A stretch of DNA of 64,000 nt from Planctomycetota bacterium (GTDB lineage Bacteria > Planctomycetota > UBA8108 > SXIK01), in assembly GCA_965223845.1 (NCBI GenBank), contig CBDCXR010000004.1:1376001-1440000 (forward strand), given 5' to 3'. Of this stretch, positions 54,478 through 64,000 are shown in pieces. The notes under the pieces are model-generated. The model ran no database searches. It saw nothing but the letters and a program-made list of their open reading frames with translations, and was not told where the DNA came from. Every line of letters begins with the position of its first letter. Within the stretch, counting starts at the first letter, position 1. Both the position numbers and the translations under genes were made by a program.

Positions 54478-55776
54478 TCACATCGGCTTACCCGGGGCGG
54501 GAACCGGCGGCATCGGAATGTCACCGAATTCGTACTTCTCGGGTCCGAGCCGCTCCTCGCTCGACATGAGCTGATCCCAAGTGACGTCTCGTCCCGTGTA
54601 GCAAGAGGTGCGGGCGAGGATGGCACTCGCGGTGCTCTTCGCGACGTTCTCCGCCTCGTTGAGCGCGCCCTTCCCGCCCTTGATGCTCGCCTGGAGGTTG
54701 ATGTGCTCCTGGACGTACGGATTCACCTGATTCCCGCGCCAGTGCCAGTCGTTTGCGTCCCAGGGCCCTTGACCCCAGATGCGACTCCGGCAGTTGGTGC
54801 TCCCCTTCGTCCCGACGAGGTACTCGGACACGTCGTTCCAGCACCCGTCGATCTGACGGCACATGCTGGTGACGCGGATGTCCGGATGGCCCTTTCCCTT
54901 CGGGTTCGCGTAGATGAGCTCCGTCGCGAAATGGTCGAAGATATTGCCGTACTTCTTCTTTCCCTTTCGCACTTGCCGGCCACCCATGCCGCGCGCGCGG
55001 ACGGGATAGCTGCCGATGAACCAGTTCATGACATCGATGTTGTGAACGTGCTGCTCGACGATGTGGTCACCGGACAGCCACGTGAAGTAGAGCCAGTCGC
55101 GGATCTGCCACTCCATCGCGCTCCACTCGTCGCGCGGCTCGACGCTCCAGAGGCCGCCCATGTTCCAGTAGCAGCGACCGTTGACGATGTCGCCGATCGC
55201 TCCGTGGGCGATGCGTCGCTGACATTCGATGTACTGCTTCTGATGCCGGCGCTGAGTTCCGGCCGCGACGCTCAGCCCCTTCTCCTTGGCACTCTCGCCC
55301 GCGGCGAGAAAGCGGCGGATGCCAGGTCCGTCGACGGCGACGGGCTTCTCGGTGAAGACGTGCTTCCCGGCTTTGATCGCCGCTTCGAAGTGCTCGGGGC
55401 GGAAGTGGGGCGGGGTCGCGAGAATCACGTAGTCGATGCCCGAGTCGATCACTTTCTGAAACGCGTCGAAGCCGACGAAGGCGCGCGATTCGTCGACCTT
55501 GAACGAACGCTGCGCCCGCTTGGCCTTGTCGGCGAAGGTGTCGCCCACCGCGTGAATGACAACCGAGTCGCCTTTCATCTTCGCGGCTTCAAGCGCGTTC
55601 CGGGCGGCGCCGGTGCCGCGGCCGCCGCAGCCGATGAGGCCGACTTTGAACTCGTGCTTCGATGCGCCGAGAACACTCGGCGCGCTCAGCGTCGAGCCGG
55701 CCGCGACGGCGGAGCCAGCGGCCGCGTGCAGGAATCTCCGTCGGGACACCGAGCGGGAATCGGTGGGTCGTTTCAA
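54478..55776 (-). CDS. Tat-exported Gfo/Idh/MocA oxidoreductase
   Basis: SRRRFL signal; GLIGCGGRGTGAA, ATPPHFRP, EKPVAVD, GTQRRH and SGDHIVEQHVHNID. Confidence 0.92.
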   Translation of the reverse strand: MKRPTDSRSVSRRRFLHAAAGSAVAAGSTLSAPSVLGASKHEFKVGLIGCGGRGTGAARNALEAAKMKGDSVVIHAVGDTFADKAKRAQRSFKVDESRAFVGFDAFQKVIDSGIDYVILATPPHFRPEHFEAAIKAGKHVFTEKPVAVDGPGIRRFLAAGESAKEKGLSVAAGTQRRHQKQYIECQRRIAHGAIGDIVNGRCYWNMGGLWSVEPRDEWSAMEWQIRDWLYFTWLSGDHIVEQHVHNIDVMNWFIGSYPVRARGMGGRQVRKGKKKYGNIFDHFATELIYANPKGKGHPDIRVTSMCRQIDGCWNDVSEYLVGTKGSTNCRSRIWGQGPWDANDWHWRGNQVNPYVQEHINLQASIKGGKGALNEAENVAKSTASAILARTSCYTGRDVTWDQLMSSEERLGPEKYEFGDIPMPPVPAPGKPM

Positions 55777-56244
55777 GGCTATCCTCCATCGTGATTCAGC
55801 GTTGCCGGGAACGGACGTTCCGGCACTGGGGATCTACGCCCGCGCTTGCCGTGGCGAGCATGCCACGCGGGTCCGGTTTCGACACTAGGCCTCGCGAGCA
55901 CCCCATTCAGAGAATTCACTCGGCCGAGAGCGGAGGCCTTCGCGCTCCTTCTCGCCGCGTCAATTCCCGAAACCTCGGCGACCGCTTGCGTCTATCGCTG
56001 TCGCTAGACCGCAAACGCGCCGGTTCTCGACGCGAAGCACGTTTCCGCGGGCAGCTAGGCTATCGGGCCATCGCCGGGGCGGTCAAGCCTCGCCCACGCT
56101 TCTCCCGAGAATGAGAGGGCGAGCGGACGCTGAGCGAGGTGCGCGCCGGGCATCCGGAGGTCGAGGAAAGCGACCCCTCGCGTTATCCTAACGGTCGACT
56201 GACGGTGGCGATTCCAGAACGAAAGTACGACGATCGGGCGACTC

Positions 56245-57417
56245 ATGAGACCAACACGACGCAAACGTTTGGCCCCGGCATTCGCGATCGCCGCGTTTTG
56301 CAGCGGTCTCGCCGCCTGCGATGGCGGGCGGGCTCAGACGGCGACGGAAACTACCCCGGAGCTCGATCGCGCGGAAGATCCCACCGCCGGTGTGGACTCC
56401 TCGGGCGACTCCGCCCAGAACGGGAAGGCACCGTCGTATCTCCGATTCGAGGGGCAGAACTCCGGCGAAGGGGCGCTCTACACCGCGCTCGTCACCATGG
56501 CGGGGGAGGACGGCGTCCGCGTCGACCTCATCGGGGCGGTCCACGTCGGCGACGCAGCGTACTACGACGATCTCGAGCGCCGATTCGCGAGCTACGAGAG
56601 CCTCCTCTACGAGATGGTGCGGCCGGAGGGAGCAGCGCCGGACGATGTCCCGAAGACATCTTCGGGCATCAGCATGTTTCAGCGCGCCCTCAAGGACGCG
56701 CTCGATCTCGAGTTCCAGCTCGATGCCATCGATTACTCGAAAGCGAACTTCGTCCACGCCGATCTCGACTGGGAGTCCTTTCAGAAGCTTCAGAAGAAGA
56801 AGGGAGAGAGCATCGCCGGGCTTCTCCTCAAGGCGACGGCGGTCGAGCTCGAACGGCGGAAGAAGGGCGGCGAGGCCCACGAAATCACGCCGGTGCAGTT
56901 GCTCATCGCGCTTTCGAGCGAGGACAGCGCTCGGACGCTCAAGTACCTTCTCGCCCAGCAGATGCAAGAGGCCGAGCACGTGCTCGCCGGAATCGAAGAC
57001 CCCGACGCCGGGCCGGACGGTGGGTCGGTCCTCGTCGTCGAGAGAAACCGGAAGGCTCTCGCCGTCCTGCGGGAGCGAATCGCGGAAGGGGATCGGCGCC
57101 TCGGGATTTTCTACGGCGCCGGACATCTGCCGGACCTAGAGCGCCGTCTGATCGACGAGTTCGGCATGCGGCGAACGGGATTCGAGTGGATCCCAGCGTG
57201 GCGGATCGAAAAGAAGAAGGAGACGCCGCCGCCGGCCGGTGGGATCTTCGAGCGCCTGTGGGGCCCGGTCAAGAAGGACGCGAAACGTGCCGAAGAACCG
57301 GGCGGATCTGAGGGCGATTCCACGCCCGGCGCCAACCCAGATCCCGTGAGCGCGAGTGCGCCCGCGCCGATCGACGTCTCGCCGGGCGATGCGGACGCGG
57401 ACGATCGGAGACCTTGA
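56245..57417 (+). CDS. Hypothetical lipoprotein, TraB/GumN-like fold
   Basis: Lipobox LAAC; LIGAVHVGD..YY, LLYE, ERN and IFYGAGHL motifs. Confidence 0.7.
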   Translation: MRPTRRKRLAPAFAIAAFCSGLAACDGGRAQTATETTPELDRAEDPTAGVDSSGDSAQNGKAPSYLRFEGQNSGEGALYTALVTMAGEDGVRVDLIGAVHVGDAAYYDDLERRFASYESLLYEMVRPEGAAPDDVPKTSSGISMFQRALKDALDLEFQLDAIDYSKANFVHADLDWESFQKLQKKKGESIAGLLLKATAVELERRKKGGEAHEITPVQLLIALSSEDSARTLKYLLAQQMQEAEHVLAGIEDPDAGPDGGSVLVVERNRKALAVLRERIAEGDRRLGIFYGAGHLPDLERRLIDEFGMRRTGFEWIPAWRIEKKKETPPPAGGIFERLWGPVKKDAKRAEEPGGSEGDSTPGANPDPVSASAPAPIDVSPGDADADDRRP

Positions 57418-57451
57418 GCCGAGGCGATCGGCGGAGAAGAGGAGGTGAGGG

Positions 57452-58282
57452 ATGAACGAGCGCGTTCCGGCGGAGACTCGCGGTCGATCGCGCGCCTGGT
57501 GGGCCATCGCGGCGATCCTCTTCGGGTGCGACGGAGCGGCGCCGACCCCCGACCCCGTCGCCCAGTTTCAGGAGGTCGTCGAGGCGGTGCAGTCGAGTGA
57601 CCTCGCGGCCGCGTACTCGCGTTGGCTCCCGGCCGCCTATCGCGAGGACGTGGACGGACTCATTTCGGGCTTCACCGCTCTCGTAGACGAAAAGGACCAC
57701 GAGCGGCTCGCGGGCGCCATCGATCGCATCGGTGGGCGGATCGCGGCGCTCCGCGCGCAGTTCGGCTCGGACGATCCGATCTGGGACGTGATCGCGGAGC
57801 GCGTCCCGAAGCTGAGCTCGCTCCTCGGCGCCGAAACCTACGCCAAGTTTCGCGCGCTCGACGCCGAGACGCTCCTCCGAACATTCTCCGACGGAATCGC
57901 GCGAGAGTTGATGTCTCATCCGGTCGTCGCGGCTCGATTCCGCGATCTGCGTCTCGAGCTCGTCGAGCGCCGGAACGACTGGGCGCGACTGCGCCTCACC
58001 GTCATTCCGGAGGAAGGGCCCGCGGCGAGCGACGAATTCGAGCTCATCCGGGTCGATTCGAAGTGGGTGATCGACGACTGGGTCGTCGACTGGCCGAAGG
58101 CGATCGGCTCGCTCCGCCAGGAGCTCGACGCGCTCGGACAGTTGAAGGCTGAGGATCCGAGCGCGTTCGCCCAGAAGCTCGACGCCTGGATCGCGCGGAT
58201 GAAAGCGCCGGGCTTTCTCTACGAGGACATCCTCCCGAAAATCGCGCACCTCGCACCGGGTGACGCCGGAACGGACGGTTGA
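57452..58282 (+). CDS. Hypothetical lipoprotein
   Basis: RBS GGAGGTGA; lipobox ILFGC; ELIRVDSKWV resembles an NTF2-like strand ending. Confidence 0.7.
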   Translation: MNERVPAETRGRSRAWWAIAAILFGCDGAAPTPDPVAQFQEVVEAVQSSDLAAAYSRWLPAAYREDVDGLISGFTALVDEKDHERLAGAIDRIGGRIAALRAQFGSDDPIWDVIAERVPKLSSLLGAETYAKFRALDAETLLRTFSDGIARELMSHPVVAARFRDLRLELVERRNDWARLRLTVIPEEGPAASDEFELIRVDSKWVIDDWVVDWPKAIGSLRQELDALGQLKAEDPSAFAQKLDAWIARMKAPGFLYEDILPKIAHLAPGDAGTDG

Positions 58283-58375
58283 CTCCGCCTGGTTTCGTCG
58301 CTTAGGTCGAGGCGCCCGTCCCCGGCGGCGGTCGTCCACGGTGGACGCCGTCCCCTCTGACCGTACGGAGATCTC

Positions 58376-58612
58376 ATGGATCAGCCCCACATCGCGAGCA
58401 AGAGTCCGGCCGTCATCGAGCTCGAGCCCGGAACGTATTGGTGGTGTCGCTGCGGCCTCTCGAAGAATCAGCCGTTCTGCGACGGAGCGCACGCGACGAC
58501 GTCGTTTACGCCTCAGGAGATCAAGCTCTCGGAGGCGAGGCGGGTCGCGCTCTGCAATTGCAAGCACAGCGAAAACGGCCCGATGTGTGACGGGACGCAC
58601 GCGCGACTCTGA
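58376..58612 (+). CDS. CDGSH iron-sulfur protein with two CDGSH domains (MiNT/CISD3-type)
   Basis: WCRCGLSKNQPFCDGAH and LCNCKHSENGPMCDGTH. Confidence 0.93.
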   Translation: MDQPHIASKSPAVIELEPGTYWWCRCGLSKNQPFCDGAHATTSFTPQEIKLSEARRVALCNCKHSENGPMCDGTHARL

Positions 58613-58647
58613 ACGCTCGCGGCGTGAGAGGATGCCCGAAATCGGGG

Positions 58648-58676
58648 TTCACGCGCGTTCCGCCGCGCGGTACGAT
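58648..58676 (+). promoter_or_regulatory. Putative sigma70 promoter of the his operon
   Basis: TTCACG-N17-TACGAT upstream of the leader ORF. Confidence 0.5.
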
Positions 58677-58727
58677 AGCCCGCTGTAGTTTCCCCGCTCC
58701 GGCCCGATCCCGGCCGAGCGAAGCGCG

Positions 58728-58976
58728 ATGCGCGCAAAGACATCCGAACCGATGCGACAGCTCACCAGCGACTCAACCCGACGCGATTCGTCCCGCAGCG
58801 CGCCCCGACGGGAGCGCGACGGACGTGTCATTCGGCGGGACCATCTCTACGGTCTTCACGGCCTCTTCGGTCTGCACGGCGCGCGGGCGCATCATTCGCG
58901 CGTGCACCATCGTCGCTGCTCGAGCACGGCGCATCCCGGCGCCACGCGAGGGAGCTCACCCGACGGATCACTCTGA
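58728..58976 (+). CDS. Candidate his operon leader peptide (alternative start 58752)
   Basis: 8 His codons between 58842 and 58934 (HLYGLHGLFGLHGARAHHSRVHHRRCSSTAH) and none elsewhere in the ORF; lies directly before a terminator and hisG. Confidence 0.7.
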   Translation: MRAKTSEPMRQLTSDSTRRDSSRSAPRRERDGRVIRRDHLYGLHGLFGLHGARAHHSRVHHRRCSSTAHPGATRGSSPDGSL

Positions 58977-59004
58977 TCGCATCCGCGGGTATTTCCGAGA
59001 GAAC

Positions 59005-59040
59005 GAGCCCCTCGCGAAAAACGGCGCGAGGGGTTTTTTG
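59005..59040 (+). terminator. Rho-independent attenuator terminator before hisG
   Basis: Stem CCCCTCGCG (59008-59016)/CGCGAGGGG (59025-59033) followed by TTTTTTGTT. Confidence 0.85.
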
Positions 59041-59106
59041 TTCCCCCCGGAACTCTCCTCGCCCTCGTGAGAGCGCTCACGGTCGATTGTTTCGTGGAGA
59101 ACACCT

Positions 59107-59976
59107 ATGAAGCTGCGTTTCGGGCTTCCGAAGGGAAGCCTACAGGAGTCGACATTCAGCCTATTTCGACTCGCCGGTTACAACTTTAGCGTGTCGTCGC
59201 GATCCTACTTCCCGTCGACGGACGACGACGAGATCGAGGCGATGCTCGTTCGCGCGCAGGAGATGGCGCGCTACGTGCAGGACGGCACGTTCGACGTCGG
59301 GCTCACCGGGAAGGACTGGATTCTCGAGGCGGGTGCCGATGTCGAAGAGGTGATGGAGCTCTGTTATTCGAAACAGTCGATGCGTCCTTGCCGCTGGGTC
59401 GTCGCAGCGCCGGAGGCGTCGGAGATCCGCACGGCTGCCGACCTCGAGGGCAAGAAGATCGCGACCGAGGCCGTCGGCCTCACCAAACGGTATCTCGTCG
59501 AGAAGGGCGTCGACGCCGAGGTCGAGTTCTCCTGGGGCGCGACGGAGGCGAAGACTCCGGACCTCGTGGACGCCATCGTCGAGATCACCGAAACCGGGTC
59601 GTCGCTGCGGGCGAATAAGCTTCGGATTGTCGACACGATCCTGACGACGACGCCTCGGCTCATCGCCAATCGTGACGCCTGGGCCGACGATTGGAAGCGG
59701 AAGAAGATCGAGAGCATCGCGCTGCTTCTGCGCGGGGCACTCGAAGCGGAAGGGCGTGTCGGTCTCAAGCTCAACTGTCCGGAGGACTGCGTCGACTCGA
59801 TTCTCGACGTTCTCCCCGCGATGAAGAATCCCACCGTAGCGCCGCTCAGCCGATCCGGGTGGGTCGCCCTCGAGACCATTCTCCTCGAGTCGGAAGTGCG
59901 GACGATGATTCCCTCGCTCAAGGCGGCGGGCGCGGTCGACATCATTGAGTATCCGCTCAACAAGGTGATTTACTGA
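59107..59976 (+). CDS. hisG: ATP phosphoribosyltransferase (long form)
   Basis: [30 protein letters not shown] and [16 protein letters not shown]; C-terminal regulatory domain present. Confidence 0.96.
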   Translation: MKLRFGLPKGSLQESTFSLFRLAGYNFSVSSRSYFPSTDDDEIEAMLVRAQEMARYVQDGTFDVGLTGKDWILEAGADVEEVMELCYSKQSMRPCRWVVAAPEASEIRTAADLEGKKIATEAVGLTKRYLVEKGVDAEVEFSWGATEAKTPDLVDAIVEITETGSSLRANKLRIVDTILTTTPRLIANRDAWADDWKRKKIESIALLLRGALEAEGRVGLKLNCPEDCVDSILDVLPAMKNPTVAPLSRSGWVALETILLESEVRTMIPSLKAAGAVDIIEYPLNKVIY

Positions 59977-60141
59977 GGCCGGCCGGAGCCGCAATCCCGT
60001 TCCGTTTCCCGACGAGTTCAGCTTTTCGTGCTCTTCGATTGCGGCCGCGATCTTCGCGCCGACTGCCGGTGGGCGACCTCGGCATCGCCGATTCGGAATC
60101 GCGACCGGTGACTAGGATCGGGAACGGGGGAAAAGATCGAT

Positions 60142-62472
60142 ATGGAACCCCACGAAATCGAAAGTGCCGTCAAGGCCGTCGTCGCGGCCGTCAGGGAGCG
60201 AGGCGACGCCGCGCTCCTCGAGTTCACGGCGCGATGGGACCGCGCCGACCTCACACCGGAGACTCTCCGCGTTCCACCCGAAACCATCGCGGCGGCCCCG
60301 GTGGATTCGCCGTTCGCGCACGCGTTCGAACGTGCGGTGGGGCGTATCCGTCGCTTCCACGAAGCGATGAAGCCGCGTTCGTCCTTCGTCGAGGATGACT
60401 ACGGCGTGCGGATGGGGCTCCGCTGGACGGCGGTTGAGGCCGCGGGCCTCTACGTACCCGGGGGAAAGGCGAGCTACCCGTCGACGCTCGCCATGACGGC
60501 GATTCCCGCGCAGATCGCGGGGGTTCGGCGGATCGCGGTCGTTTCGCCGCCCGGCCCATCGGGTGAAGTCAGCGAGTCCGTGCTCATGGCGGCGAAGATA
60601 CTCGGGCTCGACGAGATCTACCGGGTCGGCGGCGCTCAGGCGGTCGCCGCTCTCGCACTCGGAACGAAGTCGGTCCCGCGTGTCGACAAGATCTTCGGTC
60701 CCGGAAACGCGTTCGTCGCCGAGGCGAAGAAGCAGCTCTTCGGTGAGGTTGGAATCGACATGCTCGCCGGTCCGAGCGAGGTCGTCGTTTACGCCGATCA
60801 CACCGCCGAACCCGATTGGGTCGCGTCGGATCTTATCGCACAGGCGGAGCACGACGAGGCGACGCGAGTCACCGTGCTCGCTTCGAGCGCGGCGGTCCTT
60901 CGCGCGATCGAGAGCGCATTCGAACGCCTGGCGAACGCCGAACCGCGTCGAGAGATCATCCTCGCGGCGTGGAGGAACGGCGGACGGGCGGAGATCGCCC
61001 CCGACGCCGACGCTGCGGCGCGACGCATCGACGCGATCGCCCCGGAGCACCTTTCGATTCAAGTCGCCGAGCCGTGGGCGGCGCTCGCGCGAGTGCGAAA
61101 TGCGGGCGCCATCTTCCTCGGGAGGTTCAGTCCGGTCGCGGTGGGGGATTACTACGCCGGTCCGAACCACGTCCTCCCGACCGGAACCACGGCGCGCTTT
61201 TCGTCCTGCCTCTCGGTCGAGGATTTCATGAAGCGATCGAACGTCTGCGAAATGCCGCGCGAATTCATCGTGGAGCGCGGAGAAGACGTCGAGATCCTCG
61301 CCGCCGGCGAGCAGCTCCCGGGACACGCGAACAGCGTGCGCCTGCGGCGGGAAGGCAGCGCGGAGGTCCGGGCTCGCCCGGGAGTGCGGGGAGTCACGCC
61401 GTACCTCCTCGTCGAGGAGAGCGCCGACGTCAAGCTGAACCAGAACGAATCGCCCTGGGATGTGCCGAACGAGATCAAGGACGCCGTCGCCGAGCGGCTC
61501 CGCGACGTCGAGTGGAATCGCTACCACCAAACGCTCCCCGGAGAGCTCGCCGCGCGGATCGCAGAGGACGCCGGCGTCGACGCGTCGAGCGTGATCCTGG
61601 GTTCCGGTTCGAATCTCATCCTCCAGTGGATCTTCGAAGCCTTCGCGGAGCCGGGCGACGCCGTCGTTCTCCCCGAGCCGTCGTTTTCGCTCTATCCGCT
61701 CTGGGCGGACATCTGCTCGCTGCGAAGAGTCGACGTCGAGCTCGACGCGGAGTTTCGGATCGACGCGGACGCCTGGGTCGCGGCCATCGAGCGCGCTCGC
61801 CCGGCGCTCACGGTTCTCTGCCTCCCGAACAATCCGACGGGGACCGAGCTTCCGTTCGCGGCGGTGTCGCGCATCGCGGATGCCGCCGAGGCGGCGGGAA
61901 GCCTGCTCGTCATCGACGAGGCGTATCGGGAGTTCAGCGACGCGAAGTTCGATCGCACGGCACTCGTCCGCGAGCGGGATGGGGTGATCCTCGTGCGGAC
62001 GTTTTCGAAGGCCTTCGCCTCGGCGGGCATGCGTCTCGGCTACGCGCTCGCCTCTCCGGCGATCGCGCGCGAGCTGCACAAGATCGTTCCTCCGTTTCAC
62101 TTGAATCTCTTCGCCGCCGTGATGGGGCTCACGGTGCTCGAGAGCCGAGTCGTTTTCGACGAGCGTGTCGCGACGCTGGTCAAGGAGCGCGAGCGTCTCG
62201 CGGTCGAGCTCGGCCGGGTGCCGGGAGTGCGCGTCGTCCCGTCGCAGGCAAACTTCTTCCTGGCCGAAGTCGAGTCTCCGGGCGAGGTATTCGCTGCGCT
62301 TTGCTCTCGCGGGGTCGTCGTCCGCCGCTTGAGTGGCGAACGTCTGACGCGCTTTTTGCGCGTGAGTGTCGGTACCCCGGAGGAGAACGACCGGCTCTTG
62401 AGCGCATGGACTGAAGTCCAGCAGGGAAAACGGCCGATATCTCGAACGTCCGAGCGCGGAGCGAAGTCATGA
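60142..62472 (+). CDS. hisD-hisC: Fused histidinol dehydrogenase / histidinol-phosphate aminotransferase
   Basis: HisD motifs GLYVPGG, GGAQAVAA, GPGNAFV, QAEHD, APEHL and GPNHVLPT. In the same frame follow HisC motifs KLNQNESP, PNNPTG, IDEAY and RTFSKAF..AGMRLGY. Confidence 0.92.
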   Translation: MEPHEIESAVKAVVAAVRERGDAALLEFTARWDRADLTPETLRVPPETIAAAPVDSPFAHAFERAVGRIRRFHEAMKPRSSFVEDDYGVRMGLRWTAVEAAGLYVPGGKASYPSTLAMTAIPAQIAGVRRIAVVSPPGPSGEVSESVLMAAKILGLDEIYRVGGAQAVAALALGTKSVPRVDKIFGPGNAFVAEAKKQLFGEVGIDMLAGPSEVVVYADHTAEPDWVASDLIAQAEHDEATRVTVLASSAAVLRAIESAFERLANAEPRREIILAAWRNGGRAEIAPDADAAARRIDAIAPEHLSIQVAEPWAALARVRNAGAIFLGRFSPVAVGDYYAGPNHVLPTGTTARFSSCLSVEDFMKRSNVCEMPREFIVERGEDVEILAAGEQLPGHANSVRLRREGSAEVRARPGVRGVTPYLLVEESADVKLNQNESPWDVPNEIKDAVAERLRDVEWNRYHQTLPGELAARIAEDAGVDASSVILGSGSNLILQWIFEAFAEPGDAVVLPEPSFSLYPLWADICSLRRVDVELDAEFRIDADAWVAAIERARPALTVLCLPNNPTGTELPFAAVSRIADAAEAAGSLLVIDEAYREFSDAKFDRTALVRERDGVILVRTFSKAFASAGMRLGYALASPAIARELHKIVPPFHLNLFAAVMGLTVLESRVVFDERVATLVKERERLAVELGRVPGVRVVPSQANFFLAEVESPGEVFAALCSRGVVVRRLSGERLTRFLRVSVGTPEENDRLLSAWTEVQQGKRPISRTSERGAKS

Positions 62473-63095
62473 GTCGAGAGAGAGAAGCGGAGATCCGGCG
62501 GCGGACCGGCGAGACAGACGTGCGCGTACGCGTCCGCCTCGATCGGGCCGATCCACCCGACGTCACGACGGGTGTCGGGTTCTTCGACCACATGCTGACG
62601 GCGCTCGCGAAGCACGGGCGTTTCGGGCTCGTCGTTCGGGCCAAGGGCGACCTAGAGGTGGATCAGCACCACCTCGTGGAAGACGTAGGAATCGGTCTCG
62701 GCCAAGCGATCGACACCGCACTCGGTGAGGATCGGCGGATCGCTCGCTTCGCTTCGGCGTACGCTCCCCTCGATGAGGCCCTCGCCCGCGCCGTGATCGA
62801 TATCAGCGGAAGATCCTATCTTCGCTACGGGGTTGCGATCTCCCGGGCGCGCGTCGGCGAGTTCGACACGGATCTCGTGCTCGAGTTCTTTCAGGCGCTT
62901 ACGTCGAACGCGAAGCTCAATCTACACCTCGATCTTCTGAGTGGAGCGAACGCGCACCACCAGATCGAAGCGATCTTCAAAGCGACGGCACTCGCGCTCC
63001 GAGACGCGGTGGCGCGCGACGTTGAGCTGCGAGACGTTCCTTCGACCAAGGGAACGCTCACGGAGAGTGCGGCGCGGGCGCCGGAGGAGAGCTGA
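62469..63095 (+). CDS. hisB: Imidazoleglycerol-phosphate dehydratase
   Basis: TGVGFFDHML, GDLEVDQHHLVEDVG, PLDEAL and NAHHQIEAIFKA. Confidence 0.96.
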   Translation: MSREREAEIRRRTGETDVRVRVRLDRADPPDVTTGVGFFDHMLTALAKHGRFGLVVRAKGDLEVDQHHLVEDVGIGLGQAIDTALGEDRRIARFASAYAPLDEALARAVIDISGRSYLRYGVAISRARVGEFDTDLVLEFFQALTSNAKLNLHLDLLSGANAHHQIEAIFKATALALRDAVARDVELRDVPSTKGTLTESAARAPEES

Positions 63096-63098
63096 GCC

Positions 63099-63860
63099 GT
63101 GTCGTTTCCGACCTTCGATTCGACACGCATCTTTCCCGCGATCGACATCCGCGGCCGGCGCTGCGTCCGTCTCGTGCGCGGTGAGCGCGACGCGGAGATG
63201 CAGTACGACGCGAACCCGCTCGAAGCGGCTGCGCGCTGGCGTGACGACGGCGCGGAGTGCCTCCACGTCATCGATCTCGGCGCTGCGTTCGGCGAGCCGG
63301 ACTCGAGTGACGTCGTGCTCGAGATCGCTCGCTCGGTCGGCCTGCCGGTTCAGACGGGGGGCGGCATTCGGGACGAGTCGCGCGTGGCGCGCTTCCTCGA
63401 CGGGGGAGTCGGGCGCGTCATTCTCGGAACTCGCGGACTCCGCGACGCCGACTTTCTTCAGCGGATGGTCGACACGTACGGCCCTGAGCGCGTCGTTGTC
63501 GCCATCGACTGTGAAAACGATCGCGTCAAGATCGCCGGGTGGGAGGAAGAGAGCCCACTCACGATCGACGAGGCGATCACCGCCACGCAGGCGGCCGGTG
63601 CGAACCGCTTTCTCGTCACGGCGACGGACCGCGACGGGACTTTCGGTGGACTCCGCGTCGACCTGGTCGAACGGGTCCTCGCCGGCTCGACGTCACGAGT
63701 CGTCGCGGCCGGCGGAGTTGGAACCCTCGCCCACGTGGAAGCCGCGCTCGCGCTCGCTCACCCGCGCCTCGAGGGCGTCGTGATCGGGCGCGCTCTCTAC
63801 GAGGGCGGAGTCGATCTCAAGAGAGCCATCGCGCTCACGCAGCGGCCGGAGGAGACGTAG
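63099..63860 (+). CDS. hisA: ProFAR isomerase
   Basis: [43 protein letters not shown] and GRALYEG. Confidence 0.95.
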   Translation: MSFPTFDSTRIFPAIDIRGRRCVRLVRGERDAEMQYDANPLEAAARWRDDGAECLHVIDLGAAFGEPDSSDVVLEIARSVGLPVQTGGGIRDESRVARFLDGGVGRVILGTRGLRDADFLQRMVDTYGPERVVVAIDCENDRVKIAGWEEESPLTIDEAITATQAAGANRFLVTATDRDGTFGGLRVDLVERVLAGSTSRVVAAGGVGTLAHVEAALALAHPRLEGVVIGRALYEGGVDLKRAIALTQRPEET

Positions 63861-63865
63861 AACGG

Positions 63866-64000
63866 ATGAACGAAACGACGACGAATCTCGATGGCCTTCT
63901 CGACGGCGTGAAGTTCGACGACCGCGGGCTCGTTCCCGCGGTGGTTCAGGACGCAACGAACGGCCAAGTCTTGATGGTCGCCTACATGAACCGAGAGTCG
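63866..64000 (+). CDS. hisI: Phosphoribosyl-AMP cyclohydrolase, 3' end outside the window
   Basis: [45 protein letters not shown]. Confidence 0.88.
   Translation, partial: MNETTTNLDGLLDGVKFDDRGLVPAVVQDATNGQVLMVAYMNRES

Noticed and set aside
55777-56244. Structured RNA in the 470-bp divergent intergenic region
   Set aside because: It has several GC-rich hairpins but no recognisable riboswitch consensus, and cannot be distinguished from chance at this GC content.
59977-60141. Internal promoter or extra gene in the 165-bp hisG-hisD gap
   Set aside because: A TAGGAT box has no matching -35, and I found no credible ORF.

Overview
A high-GC chromosomal window, inferred to come from an uncultured Planctomycetota lineage. 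The inference rests on FxRGD-type C-terminal dockerin domains, an ECF sigma/Ser-Thr kinase pair, Tat Gfo/Idh/MocA enzymes and a sulfatase. It holds about 50 CDS, including transporters (2 MFS, CDF, a paired RND system), a Zn metalloprotease, stand-alone rpsR, PhoD, glgB, SMUG1 and aguB-aguA. It also holds tRNA-fMet and the start of a his operon (hisG, fused hisD-hisC, hisB, hisA, hisI). I saw no CRISPR array, integrase or transposase. Highlights: (1) a candidate ribosome-mediated His attenuator before hisG, with a long leader ORF (8 dispersed His codons) and 1:2, 2:3 and 3:4 pairings; (2) four proteins with the same Cys-containing dockerin-like C-terminus, one also carrying a cohesin-like domain; (3) two matching back-to-back ECF-type promoters (GTCACA-N15-GCAT) that link an ECF/kinase pair to dockerin genes; (4) a ~10 kb accessory segment between tRNA-fMet and a tRNA 3'-half remnant, containing a trpS pseudogene; (5) a knottin-pattern module and a probably inactive GH-A-like barrel. 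All family assignments come from motif recognition by eye; no searches were run.
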